Assembly: GCA_937625935.1 (NCBI GenBank)
Contig: OW569377.1
Coordinates: 62,001-126,000 of the forward strand
Direction of reading: 5' to 3'
Source: Tetramitus jugosus
Lineage: Eukaryota > Protista > Heterolobosea
Length of the DNA stretch: 64,000 nt
Shown here: one piece after another, positions 31,905 to 42,125 of the stretch
Layout of the letters: every line of letters begins with the position of its first letter
Position numbering within the stretch: position 1 is the first letter of the stretch
Translations under genes and position numbers: made by a program
Notes under the pieces: generated by a model
Databases searched by the model: none
What the model was told of the DNA's origin: nothing
What the model saw: only the letters and a program-made list of their open reading frames with translations

Positions 31905-34720
31905 TATGTGTCTTCCTTGTGGGAGATGAATAGGCGATGAAGGGTGTCGACGCACCTCTTCACCCTGTTCACGAATGATTTTGCTTTCTTTTCCGCCATG
32001 ACCTTCTTCACACCGGTCATCCTCAAACCTTTTGTTACTTGTTCCACTGCTTCATTTTCCACCCCCATCATACCTGAGAGAAACTCCTTGCTTGTCTTTC
32101 GGGTTTCCCTCACCGTAATTTTACCATCCTTCCACACAACATTATCAAACCATAAATTGATTTGCTGCTTACGGTGAATGCCCAACTTGTCAAGGTCTTT
32201 ACCTACTGACAATGCCAACCTTCTTCTACGCACGATGGCCCTTGGACAACGTATGAGACAGTGCTGTATCGTCTCTGGCTCTTTGAGACATCGCTCACAT
32301 CTTTCCATCACTTCATCCTTGCCGTATAGACAGCGTTTTGTCTCTCTTGTGTGAAGAGTCCCGCTACGCACTTGAGCATAGAACCACTCCACTTGTCTAT
32401 TAATCTTGTGGGGGTACTTCATAAAGCTGAAGTCAGCGCCGCTCCGCATTGCGCCAGCTTGCAACCAGTATAGCCCAAGTCCCTTGATTCTTTCAGTCCT
32501 TTGTTGGTTCATTATTGACTGTAGCTGCTCTCTACTCTCGATATGGGAGTCCCCCATCATAAGAGTTTCTGCGTTACTGTTGGAGGTACCCTCCCTTAGT
32601 AACTTACATCCACACCCGTTCATTTGTAACAGCATGATGTTCAGCATCTCGTGAGATCTTGCCCCGATCTTGCACCCCGGGAATTCAATTCTGATTTCCT
32701 TCAGACTTTTGAGCTTGTGGTCCAGGACCAGTTGGTCCCTGTTTGTGATACCACCAAGGTAGAGCTTTTTGAGGATAGCTGATGGTACATATCGTGCTAT
32801 ATTGCAGTCATCACAGTTTTTGTAGACCTGTTCTTTCCCCAGTTTGATCTTGAATCTGTGCATTCTTAGCGCACACCACTTCAGGTAAGAGTGTTTAGCG
32901 TGTTCCAGCCTGTCGCTTGACTGAAATACATTCTCTGATTGGAATGTTTGTTTTTGCTTGATCTCCTCAAGCGTGTCAAGCAACAGCTGTTTCGCTTCAG
33001 TATCTCTTTTACCAGATACCATGGTACTGACAAACCATGCGGTTTGTGTCGTGATCGTTTCTTCTATATCGTTCAGACCGATCGATCCATGATCATTGCT
33101 GACGGGTAGCAGTTCGGAGGGGAAGCGTTTCATTGCTACCGATCCGTACTTGACCAGCATCCTTCCCAATCTGTTCACCTTGAGTATCCATCCATCAGTC
33201 CAATCAGTGAACTCTGACGCATACTTGAAAATAGGGTGAATACATGTGTTCACTACTCTTGCCACCTGTCTGGGAGTTAGCTTCATCATTTTCAACCTAG
33301 TCACCACTCTTTGGGACTTGTTCCATGCCTGCTCAATTTGTTGCTTTGTGTTCCCCTTTAGGTTGGTGAAGAGCCCCAGTGCCCGAAAGACTCGCGAACT
33401 GTCTCTCGCGGGAACAACCGTTCCATCCACCTCTATGTCATACCCTGTGTCCTCCTCCATTTGTCGCACATACAGTTCAAGCTTGTCAGGGTGCATCGAC
33501 ATCCGTAGTGACGATAGAACCTCCGACATCGCCTGTGCAGCACGCTCAATGTCTGCCCGGGATTCGGCGAACAAATTGCAATCGTCTACGTACGCCGCAT
33601 TCCACAATCTTTGAGACATAGCTCTGTAGCCTTGTACCTTCCTGTTAACATACATCAACACCGTTTGGTGCACTAGAATGTATGTGGTAGGTGATAAAGA
33701 ATCCCCTTGCCTTGTTCCCTTTCCTATAGGGAACCTTCTCGAGACAGCTCTTGTAAGAACACCGGCAAAGTTGTTCTCCACCATTCCACTCACCAACCTG
33801 ACGATATTGTCAGGGAATTCAAAGAATTCATAAACTGCTTTGATTGCATTGTGTGGTACCGAATCAAACGCTTTAGATATGTCCGTCAAAAGCAGGAACA
33901 GTTGCTTGTTTTCCCTGTTGGCGTGGTCAATGATTCCTCTTATTATGGACAACTTCTCACGAATGTCCCGGAACTTTCTGCTGCCACCTTGAACATTAGA
34001 GAAGATCCCCCCTGTCTCAGCAGCAGCCGAGATTCTTCTATTAATCAACTTGGTGTACAGTTTGGACACTGTACTCAGGAGGCATATTGGTCTGTAGTTA
34101 GCCGGGTTGGTAGAGTCACCCTTCTTATAAGCTGGGATAATCGTAGCTTCCTTCCACATGGTAGGAAACTTCCCCTGCTTAGTGATGTTGTTGAAAAAGC
34201 CTGCTAGAATGTCGGAGAGTTCCCACCTGTAGTCCCGCTTCTTTGTGCATGGAACTTTCAACATTTCGTTGTGTATCCCGTCTGGCCCAGGGCACTTACG
34301 ATTTCTGAGCCAACCTATTGCTTTGCTAACCTCCTCTGTAGTGATGGGGGTGAAGGCCTGTTGGATCAAATCTCTGTTTCCACTGCTTCTCATGCCATCT
34401 AAGTATGTCATGTCTGCGACTGCAGGTGCAAACGCACCCTCAAAGTACTCTGCCGCCACTTCACCAACAGTGGCATCATCCATATGTTCAATTCCATCGA
34501 CTTTTACTCTTGACAACCGAACCCTGGAGCTCTTCTTCGCCGTAGAGGCCGAGAAGAACGATGATGGATCAGCGAATTCAGACGTTCGAGCCTTCCACTC
34601 CCACTTTCTGAACTTTTGATTCGCTTTGTGGACCCTTACTTGGTGGAGAGACTCGTTAACTCTTTTCAATGCACACCATACCCTTGACTCCCGAGAGCCG
34701 ATAGTGTCCCATCCACACAT
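31904..34720 (-). CDS. Retrotransposon reverse transcriptase with C-terminal CCHC zinc finger
   Basis: KCPGPDGI, WKEATIIPAYKKGD, NYRPICLL, DISKAFDSV, GTRQGDSLSP, YVDD; CERCLKEPETIQHCLIRC. Confidence 0.96.
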   Translation of the reverse strand: MCGWDTIGSRESRVWCALKRVNESLHQVRVHKANQKFRKWEWKARTSEFADPSSFFSASTAKKSSRVRLSRVKVDGIEHMDDATVGEVAAEYFEGAFAPAVADMTYLDGMRSSGNRDLIQQAFTPITTEEVSKAIGWLRNRKCPGPDGIHNEMLKVPCTKKRDYRWELSDILAGFFNNITKQGKFPTMWKEATIIPAYKKGDSTNPANYRPICLLSTVSKLYTKLINRRISAAAETGGIFSNVQGGSRKFRDIREKLSIIRGIIDHANRENKQLFLLLTDISKAFDSVPHNAIKAVYEFFEFPDNIVRLVSGMVENNFAGVLTRAVSRRFPIGKGTRQGDSLSPTTYILVHQTVLMYVNRKVQGYRAMSQRLWNAAYVDDCNLFAESRADIERAAQAMSEVLSSLRMSMHPDKLELYVRQMEEDTGYDIEVDGTVVPARDSSRVFRALGLFTNLKGNTKQQIEQAWNKSQRVVTRLKMMKLTPRQVARVVNTCIHPIFKYASEFTDWTDGWILKVNRLGRMLVKYGSVAMKRFPSELLPVSNDHGSIGLNDIEETITTQTAWFVSTMVSGKRDTEAKQLLLDTLEEIKQKQTFQSENVFQSSDRLEHAKHSYLKWCALRMHRFKIKLGKEQVYKNCDDCNIARYVPSAILKKLYLGGITNRDQLVLDHKLKSLKEIRIEFPGCKIGARSHEMLNIMLLQMNGCGCKLLREGTSNSNAETLMMGDSHIESREQLQSIMNQQRTERIKGLGLYWLQAGAMRSGADFSFMKYPHKINRQVEWFYAQVRSGTLHTRETKRCLYGKDEVMERCERCLKEPETIQHCLIRCPRAIVRRRRLALSVGKDLDKLGIHRKQQINLWFDNVVWKDGKITVRETRKTSKEFLSGMMGVENEAVEQVTKGLRMTGVKKVMAEKKAKSFVNRVKRCVDTLHRLFISHKEDT

Positions 34721-34738
34721 TGATTCAACTTCGCCAGA

Positions 34739-35719
34739 TCACTCGCGGTTTGCCAAGAACTTAATAAGCACTTCTCTTCTTTTCAACAGACGTTTGACGG
34801 CTCGACTGTTGCGCCATACTTTCACCTCACCAGCATGTTCAAACACTCTGGCCTGGTTGGAAATGGAGGAAGTGATGATCCTACACTGTTCATCCACATC
34901 CACAATCGTGTTGAGCAGGTTGTTCTCGAGAACGCTAATGAGCTCCGCCCCGTATCGAAGCCACCTTGGGTCCTCCTTATTCTTTGGGAATTTATATACA
35001 GTTCTGCTTTGATCCAGTGAGCACTGAGTATTGGTTCTCAGTGTTATCATTGTAGGAAAGTGATCACTGTGTACACCATTCCTTGTAAACATTTCTATGG
35101 TGTTGATAGCCTCACCCCCTGCTCTGTTGCACCACACATGGTCAATCCTTGATGAGCTGCCACTTCTGTAGAACGTGTGAAACCTTTCAACACCTTTCAG
35201 TTCATTGACGTCTTGTAGGTTATTCTCCATCAGTGCCTGCAGTAGTAACGAAGAGTTTTCATCAAGTGGCTTCTGCGACCTGTCCGAAGCGACTGTTACA
35301 GCATTATGATCTCCTCCTAAAAGAAATTTACCTTCAGTTGCGAACTTGCTTATCTTCTCCCCAAACAGCTTGTAGTGCTCTTGATCCCTTTTGTGCGGGC
35401 CGTAGTGGTTTGCAACAACAAATGACTCGTTCACTGTGGTGATCTTGAGAACCTGCAGCTTGTCATCACTGTGCATCACTCCGTACGCTGGCACTGTGGT
35501 GGTTCTGATAATTGCAGCCAGATGTTTGTTGGGGACCTCACATATCAGTATGCACTGGATCCTCATTAATTTCTTGTTGATTGTTTTCAACCAATTTTCA
35601 TCTATGTTTGTGGCCTCCTGCAGCAGTAGTACGTCTATTTGCTCCGACTCCAGGAAGTCTACGACATCATTGGCCTTCCCTTTGATGCCGTTGATGTTGT
35701 ACCACATCACTTTTAACAT
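34739..35719 (-). CDS. Retrotransposon APE-like endonuclease, in frame with the RT across one TGA
   Basis: WYNING, LLLQE, NHYGP, GGDHN, HTFYR, SRIDHVW, SDHFP; catalytic motifs intact. Confidence 0.95.
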   Translation of the reverse strand: MLKVMWYNINGIKGKANDVVDFLESEQIDVLLLQEATNIDENWLKTINKKLMRIQCILICEVPNKHLAAIIRTTTVPAYGVMHSDDKLQVLKITTVNESFVVANHYGPHKRDQEHYKLFGEKISKFATEGKFLLGGDHNAVTVASDRSQKPLDENSSLLLQALMENNLQDVNELKGVERFHTFYRSGSSSRIDHVWCNRAGGEAINTIEMFTRNGVHSDHFPTMITLRTNTQCSLDQSRTVYKFPKNKEDPRWLRYGAELISVLENNLLNTIVDVDEQCRIITSSISNQARVFEHAGEVKVWRNSRAVKRLLKRREVLIKFLANRE

Positions 35720-37017
35720 GGTGGCGTTTGTTCTAACTGGGGTTGATTCACTTCATTGCGAGTCGTGTGTACATTAACTATTGTTGATGCAACCTCTTTG
35801 CTGGCCTGTACCAAGTCCTTCATCTGAGCCATTCTATCGGGTGTTTTGAGGAGTGCCTTCTTCCTCGAGTTCTCCGAGAGCATTGTGTTGGTTCCACGCT
35901 TGCCACTCTCTTTTCTTGGCGTGTCCTCCCTTAGTACCGCGTAGTTGTAAATGAGTGCTTGGCTGTCCGAGAGAGCACGCTCTCTCCTCTTAGCTCGTCT
36001 AGCACTTATTAAGAGCTTCTTTCGCTCTTCCATTGTATGTTCATCGGACGGCTCACTGACACTTTGTGGCTGTGATTGATTATCCACGTTATTGTTGAGA
36101 ATCAAGACTGTCTCTTGATGTGGAACTATCTCACCGCTCTCTTCTAACATGATAACATCATTTCTCTCTCCGCTTGCTGTCATGTCCCTGTCAAGGTTAT
36201 GTGGAGAACCTTCACAGGGCACTATGGTGACAACTTCAGTTTCCATTGTTGCGTCTTCCTCTTCTATTTCAGAGTCAAGGACAGTGAGTGTAGCAGGTTG
36301 AGTTAGGCGACTAGTTCTTTTCAATACTTTGGCAGCCTTTTTCCCACTTTTCTTTTCCGCTACCAGACTTATCTCCACCTCCAGTTGTCTGACTCTCTTC
36401 ATGAGTTCCGCTATTTGTTGTTTCAAAGTGTCAGTGGTTCTCTGAAACTTCCTCGTGAGTAGCTTCACAGGATCTTGGCTCCTTTGTATGTATGGGCTTA
36501 TCTCTGCTGAAATATGCCTATCACCTATGACAGCTTGAGCATAAGACTGAGAAGTCATGGTTACAAACGCAGTATTGCCCTTGACCTCAACGTGTCTGAC
36601 CTTTTCTTCTCCGACCAGTTTGGCAATATAGTCCCTTGACTTTCCCAATACCTTGTGGATGACCAACTTTTTCTCCGCGTCAACCTCTCTCTTGATGGAG
36701 GCATAGGCATTCATGATTCTTTTTGAATCATTGAAAATTTCAACAAACTCATAAAGTTTGTCGTCCTTCACATTGACCCAAGCAATGAACTGACCTTTTT
36801 CCCACCTTCTCACATGGGCTCTGGTGACCCAACCCTTGTATCTCGTTCCAATCATTCTCGCAATTGTTGGTGCCGTGTTATGACATTGTGAACCTTTGAT
36901 CACCACCTCATTTTTGTTGATGCTACTTCCAACATTCTGTACTGTCCATACCGCATACCCTTCACGAGAGTACTCCCTAGCCTCAGTTGAGGATGGAATG
37001 TTTGCGTTTGTTTCCAT
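35713..37017 (-). CDS. Retrotransposon ORF1 protein (434 aa; RRM-like region and coiled coil)
   Basis: First ATG inside the element is at 37017. KGNTAFVTM is RNP1-like; heptad LKQQIAELMKRVRQLEVEI; the stop overlaps the ORF2 ATG (ATGTTAA). Confidence 0.85.
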   Translation of the reverse strand: METNANIPSSTEAREYSREGYAVWTVQNVGSSINKNEVVIKGSQCHNTAPTIARMIGTRYKGWVTRAHVRRWEKGQFIAWVNVKDDKLYEFVEIFNDSKRIMNAYASIKREVDAEKKLVIHKVLGKSRDYIAKLVGEEKVRHVEVKGNTAFVTMTSQSYAQAVIGDRHISAEISPYIQRSQDPVKLLTRKFQRTTDTLKQQIAELMKRVRQLEVEISLVAEKKSGKKAAKVLKRTSRLTQPATLTVLDSEIEEEDATMETEVVTIVPCEGSPHNLDRDMTASGERNDVIMLEESGEIVPHQETVLILNNNVDNQSQPQSVSEPSDEHTMEERKKLLISARRAKRRERALSDSQALIYNYAVLREDTPRKESGKRGTNTMLSENSRKKALLKTPDRMAQMKDLVQASKEVASTIVNVHTTRNEVNQPQLEQTPPC

Positions 37018-37028
37018 TTGTTTTTTTT

Positions 37029-37041
37029 GCATATTTGATAA
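37029..37041. repeat. Target-site duplication, right copy (GCATATTTGATAA)
   Basis: Identical to 31746-31758; abuts the element's 5' end. Confidence 0.95.
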
Positions 37042-37083
37042 ATTTAGATTTACAAAATAATATTCCGGATAATGGATATCCAA

Positions 37084-37156
37084 GCAGGCGTAGATCAGTG
37101 GTTAGATCGTGGCCTTCACACGGCCGAGGTCGTGGGTTCGATCCCCATCGTCTGTA
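37084..37156 (+). tRNA. tRNA-Val(CAC)
   Basis: Cloverleaf: acceptor GCAGGCG/CGTCTGT, D arm GATC-AGTGGTTA-GATC, anticodon arm TGGCC-TT-CAC-AC-GGCCG, T arm GTGGG-TTCGATC-CCCAT, discriminator A, then TTTT terminator. Confidence 0.95.
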
Positions 37157-37532
37157 CTTTTGACATTTTATCCGTGTGATAAAATCCGTCCAAAAAAAGA
37201 AGCTCACACACAAAGGGAAGAAAACACACGCACCACCCACACAAACAGCTCTTCAAACTACAACAAACAGAGCATTTCACACCATTCCACTTCCAACTCT
37301 TTGTGTTCAGTCGAATCCCCTACCTTTTAAGTGTGAAAAAGCTTTTGCAGACTTTTAAAACGAAAAAAATCATCATCAACAAAACAACAGAACAAGCAAC
37401 ACCGAACACCCACCAACCTTGATTGTTCCCCATCTCGATCAAATCAACAACCAATTTTCTCAATTTTTTTTTGTTTGAAGTCATCTCAACAGAATACACA
37501 TTAACTAGTAGTAGTAGTAGTAGTAGTAGAGC

Positions 37533-40500
37533 ATGACATCGACACTCATTTCCACACCTGACCACTCCAACTCTTCCTCCTCGAATAATAACTATCATCA
37601 TCATCACAATCACAATAGTAGTAGCATGTGGCCGACAAAAGACGAAGATCACATGAATCATCATCACAATCATCATTATAGCAATCGTAAGAATCTCAAG
37701 AATGAGAGAAATGATGATAATGATGATGACGATGATACGATGGAAGATCATGAATCCTCATTATTCAGTCATCATTCTCATCATGATGTACCAATCATGA
37801 GTGATTCTTCATTTTTTGGATCACCATCACCATCATCATCGAGGTCATTATCAACAACAACATCGAAATTTCAATCATCATCATCAAAAAATAATCATCT
37901 CAAAGTTCAACAATACAATTTTTCCAATAACAACAATAGCAACAACAATAGCTATGAGAATGCTTTTCTCTCATCGATAGGTCAAACGACACATCATTCC
38001 AATCATATTACAACAACAGCAACAACAATGATCAATCGTAATAACAGCAACAACAGTATGACGTTAGTCGATGAAGAAACGATAAAATTACAAGAAGAAA
38101 TTGATCGGTTACAAAGCATGTTACCACCAATGTTGCAATCAATCTCTGAAACTCGGTTATTCAACGGTATTGCACAAGCTCTCGGAGTGCCATTCAATTA
38201 CAAGAAGATTCAAAGTCAATCACTGAACAATATTGTCATGACAAAAACGAAAGCAAAGAAAAAGAGTGAACATGAACAACAAGACAATAATATGATGGTG
38301 TCATCGCAAGAGAATATTGCCACAATCAAGATGGAAGATTTTGGTAGTAGTAGTATTGAAGAAAAACACAACAACAATAACAATAATTCATCATTCTTAT
38401 CAGCGCCGTTCAGTAATGGCAGTGATGATGATTTATTTTATTCGTTGACAGTGTCTGATGACCATCATCATCATGTGGATAGTGTAGTCCATTCGTCGAA
38501 TCAAATGGCGACTGAGATGGAAATTTTTGCAGGAGATATTTTCGCTAGTAGTCATGATGATGATAGAGATGCCTATATGTGTGATTTGAGCTATATGGGA
38601 GATTTGCATCATCATCATCATCATCATGACCACGCTTCACAACAAGAACAAGAGCAACAGCATGAACATGAAACGGAGAGCTCAGCCAAGACGGAACAGA
38701 CAAAGAAGAATAAGAAGAATAAGAAGAATGAACAGGAAAAACAAGACCAAGACTCAATGATGAATGGATCAGGATATGAGAAGAACAACAATGAATCACT
38801 GCCGTTTAGTGATGATGACATAACGAAAAAAGAGTCAGCTGACCAAGACAAGAAACATCAAATGATTGATAACTATCTGCCGTTGGAATGTTTGTATTAC
38901 TATTAGTGTGTTATTATGATGTTCATTTTGGGAGAAACTAGCAATATTAACGACAATTTTGTATTGATGATGATGATTCATATTTTGATGATTTTTACTT
39001 GTAGTGGAGGACTTTTTTGGACGATATCCCATGCATGAATCAAACACAATCATCAAATGTGCAAACTGTCATTTACCAGTGTGTGAGAATGTGTTTGAGG
39101 AGCATTTGCAGTTTTGTTTGGACCCTGATCCAGATTTACTAGTGATGCGCAAGGTAACAATGAAGAAGAAACCAATCACAAAGAAGGAAACCAAGAAGGA
39201 AGTAGTTGCGAAGAAGGAACGAAAAGAAAAGGGACGAGAAGCAAAACTATTGAAGAATGCAGAGGACGAATTGCCTGCATCTCAAAAGACTGAACCTGTG
39301 AAGAAGGAAAAGAAGACAACGAAGAAGAAGACAGCGGCCACTAACAACAATGATTCTACGTCATCTGCAACGACAACGAGCGAAAAAGCATCATCTACTA
39401 GTAATTCTGACAAAGCATCGACAACGAAAAAACGAAAGAAGAAGACTAAGAATGAAGGAGAGGAAACAGCAGAATCTAGTGTGGCAGAACCCGTTGAACC
39501 AGTGAACAAGAAACGAAAAATTTCTCTCAAGAAATCTACAACCACAACAAGCGAAAAGAAGGAGAAGAAAGCAAAGGAAACAACCAAGGCTGAGAAAGCA
39601 TCACCACTGCTGTCTCCGCAGCCATCGCAAACTCAAGTGCAAACACAAGCACAACAGTTGCAGCAGCCACTTCAGGCACCTCAAGTTATGCCCCAACAGC
39701 CTCAGCAACAGCAGCTATCAGTCCAAAGTCCAGTAGTACCAACGACGCCAGCCCCAGTTGCCTCGCCGGTTGTTTTCGTAACTACGCCTATACCATCACC
39801 GGTCTCGAATCATTCGAACTCGCAACCAAACACCCCTACACCAATACCAGTAACAAACATGCCACTACACACTACTCCAACACCAATGACAATAGGGCCG
39901 TCGACTCCATCTGTTCCGCTCACTCACACCCCAGTCATATTTACCAATCCTTCCATCAATGATCCACTGAAGCACAGTACGATCACTCCGATCCCTGGAC
40001 CACCAACGAAGCGAATAAGTCCTCCTGCTCCCCCTAGACCGATAATATCCACTCCAGTGCCTCCTCCTCCCACGATTGCTGCCTCAAACTCAACACCAAT
40101 TTCAGCACTACCCAAACAAAACATGTCCCACACGAATCCACCAATCACCCCAGGTGCCCCAACAGTTGCTCCTACTCAACCATCGAGGACGATGAAAAAG
40201 AACACGAATGCCCCACCTCCTTTGATGACGCAACAAACAGGAGCAAATATGGCACAACGTGGCTACCCTCAAAATCAAATGTTTTTCTCACCACAGATGG
40301 CCTTTGGTCAAATGCCTATGAATCCCATGGGAGCAATGAGTCCAATTGGTGCTATGCCCATGGGTACAGTTTCACCAATGGGAACAATGAACCAAATGGG
40401 CAAATATCCAACTGTATCGTATTATCCAAACATTATGATGAATGGATATTACCCAATGCCTACGAAGGGAACTCCTGGCGTTGTTCCAGCAAACATGATG

Positions 40501-41394
40501 TACTCAAATGGTGTGAGAATGGTACAACCTCCGACCAAATCCAATACAACAGCCAAGAAAGTCCCAGTGAAAACATCACCAAATCCTGTCAAGGCTGCTG
40601 CTGCACCAACATCCATCAATAATGGAAGTAATAACACGAGCGATGGAACTGTCACACACGGTGGCACAAGTACCCAACCAACAATGCAGACAAACAAAAG
40701 CCCTATTGCAGCATCAAATACTAATATTGCTATGCAAGAATCGAGTGCGACAGTAGATCCAAACAAAGTGGCGCCAGCGACAACAACTCCTCCACCTTCT
40801 TTATTCACTGCCACTCCTGCGACAACTGGACCAAAGGTTCCACCAAAGAAAGTTGTCAAGCCAAAAACTCAGCCTTCAGCAATCACTCCTGGTATGTTGG
40901 CAACAAATGGTCGAGTCATTCCAACCAATCTCATGGTTCAACCTGTGATGTACAGCATGTTCAACAGAACTGCAACACCAGTTGTCTCTCCACCAAATGC
41001 CCAACAAATGTGGAGGAACTCACCAGTAGCGCACACCCCAATACCCTTTTATTCGGTGAAAGCACCACAAATGTTCCGGGGTCCAAATGCTGCCTATCCA
41101 AACTACATGCCAAGTACGACACCAGTCCTTACTCCACAAGGCACAAGAATTCCACCTCAACCATTTGTTCCTCATCCCAATCTGCTCATTGCTCCTCCAG
41201 TTGTTCCATCTATGGCCGTTGGTGGAGTAACAGCACCACCAAAGACACCAGCCACAGCCACCACACCAAATCTCACGACAGCAGCGCCCACTTCAGCCAA
41301 ACCCCCACCTGCTCCCATCAGCAACACAACCGCCACTGCCGCAACCAATCCAACGACACCTGCATCCACCACTCCCGTTGCCCGCCATTCTTGA
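37533..41394 (+). CDS. Large low-complexity nuclear protein with an ataxin-7/Sgf73-like N-terminal-type zinc finger; intron 38890-39004
   Basis: A GTTTGT...GTAG intron joins the 457-aa and 796-aa ORFs in frame, giving LPLELEDFFGRYPMHESNTIIKCANCHLPVCENVFEEHLQFC, followed by a Lys-rich and Pro/Thr-rich tail. Confidence 0.7.
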
Positions 41395-41576
41395 TTCCAC
41401 GGTTGGCCGAATAAAGCCACTCGAAAAGATCATCAGACTGGAACAAAATGTTGTGTCAATTTTTGACTGTAGCGGCACCCAACTGCCGACAAAATAAAAA
41501 AGGAATTCCCTCGATTCGCCCGAACTACAAGCCGCCCCTCATTGTTTGCACCTGCCACAAAAAAACATCATCAAAA

Positions 41577-42125
41577 ATGAATACGCATAAAACAGCATCG
41601 TCCGGCATCTGCTTGTTACTCTTGTTGTTGGTTTGTGTGTTGGCACTGTTTGTGAGCTCTGGCTCATGTGCCACTGCACACCCCAAATATCCCGCCAAAA
41701 AGTCTACGGTCGTGACCAACGAACAAAAAGTGCTCCTGATTCAACTGCTTCAGACTCAGGGATATCACCTGCACACCACTAAGGGAAAATCTCTCGAGTG
41801 GGTCATCAGGAAAGACAAGAAGAACAACAACAAGATTAACAAGAAGAAGAAAAATGTTGACTCCAACAAGAAGGAAAAGAAGTCAAGCTCTTCCACAACA
41901 GTGAAAACTTTGTCAGAGAGAATTGACACTGAACCGTTGATCAAGGCATTTGTGGGAAAGAACTATTCTGCTACGGCAAATGCTTGCAAGAATTGTAGAA
42001 TGGCAGTTGCTTCCATCAAGATTGTGATGCCTTTTTCGATTCTTGTTGACTCTACAACGGCCTGTCAATCTGTTGGTCTCTGCACTGTGACTCCTGTTGT
42101 TGCTGTTGAACAGTTGGTCGAATAA
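41577..42125 (+). CDS. Secreted basic protein with a truncated saposin-like Cys motif
   Basis: Signal peptide; Lys-rich middle; ACKNCRMAV...TTACQSVGLC. Confidence 0.6.
   Translation: MNTHKTASSGICLLLLLLVCVLALFVSSGSCATAHPKYPAKKSTVVTNEQKVLLIQLLQTQGYHLHTTKGKSLEWVIRKDKKNNNKINKKKKNVDSNKKEKKSSSSTTVKTLSERIDTEPLIKAFVGKNYSATANACKNCRMAVASIKIVMPFSILVDSTTACQSVGLCTVTPVVAVEQLVE

Larger units (their letters stand above)
31759..37028 (-). mobile_element. Apparently full-length APE-type non-LTR retrotransposon (5270 bp) inserted upstream of a tRNA gene
   Basis: ORF1 followed by APE-RT-CCHC; A23 tail at 31759-31781; AATAAA at 31808-31813 (minus); flanked by the perfect direct repeat GCATATTTGATAA. Confidence 0.97.

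Noticed and set aside
34739-34741. Retrotransposon UGA decoded as selenocysteine, since the host has a SECIS system
   Set aside because: The element's 3'-UTR hairpins lack the AUGA/GA quartet and apical As, and the position is a non-catalytic linker.
37018-37083. N-terminal extension of ORF1 shown in the ORF track (start 37083, or ATG at 37032)
   Set aside because: These starts lie in the TSD or host DNA outside the element boundary at 37028.
37084-37156. G1-U72 and U27-G43 wobble pairs suggesting a tRNA pseudogene
   Set aside because: A box, B box, all four arms and the terminator are intact; wobble pairs are tolerated.
36983-37358. Short ORFs overlapping the tRNA gene
   Set aside because: Explained by the tRNA and A/C-rich promoter DNA; no protein motifs.
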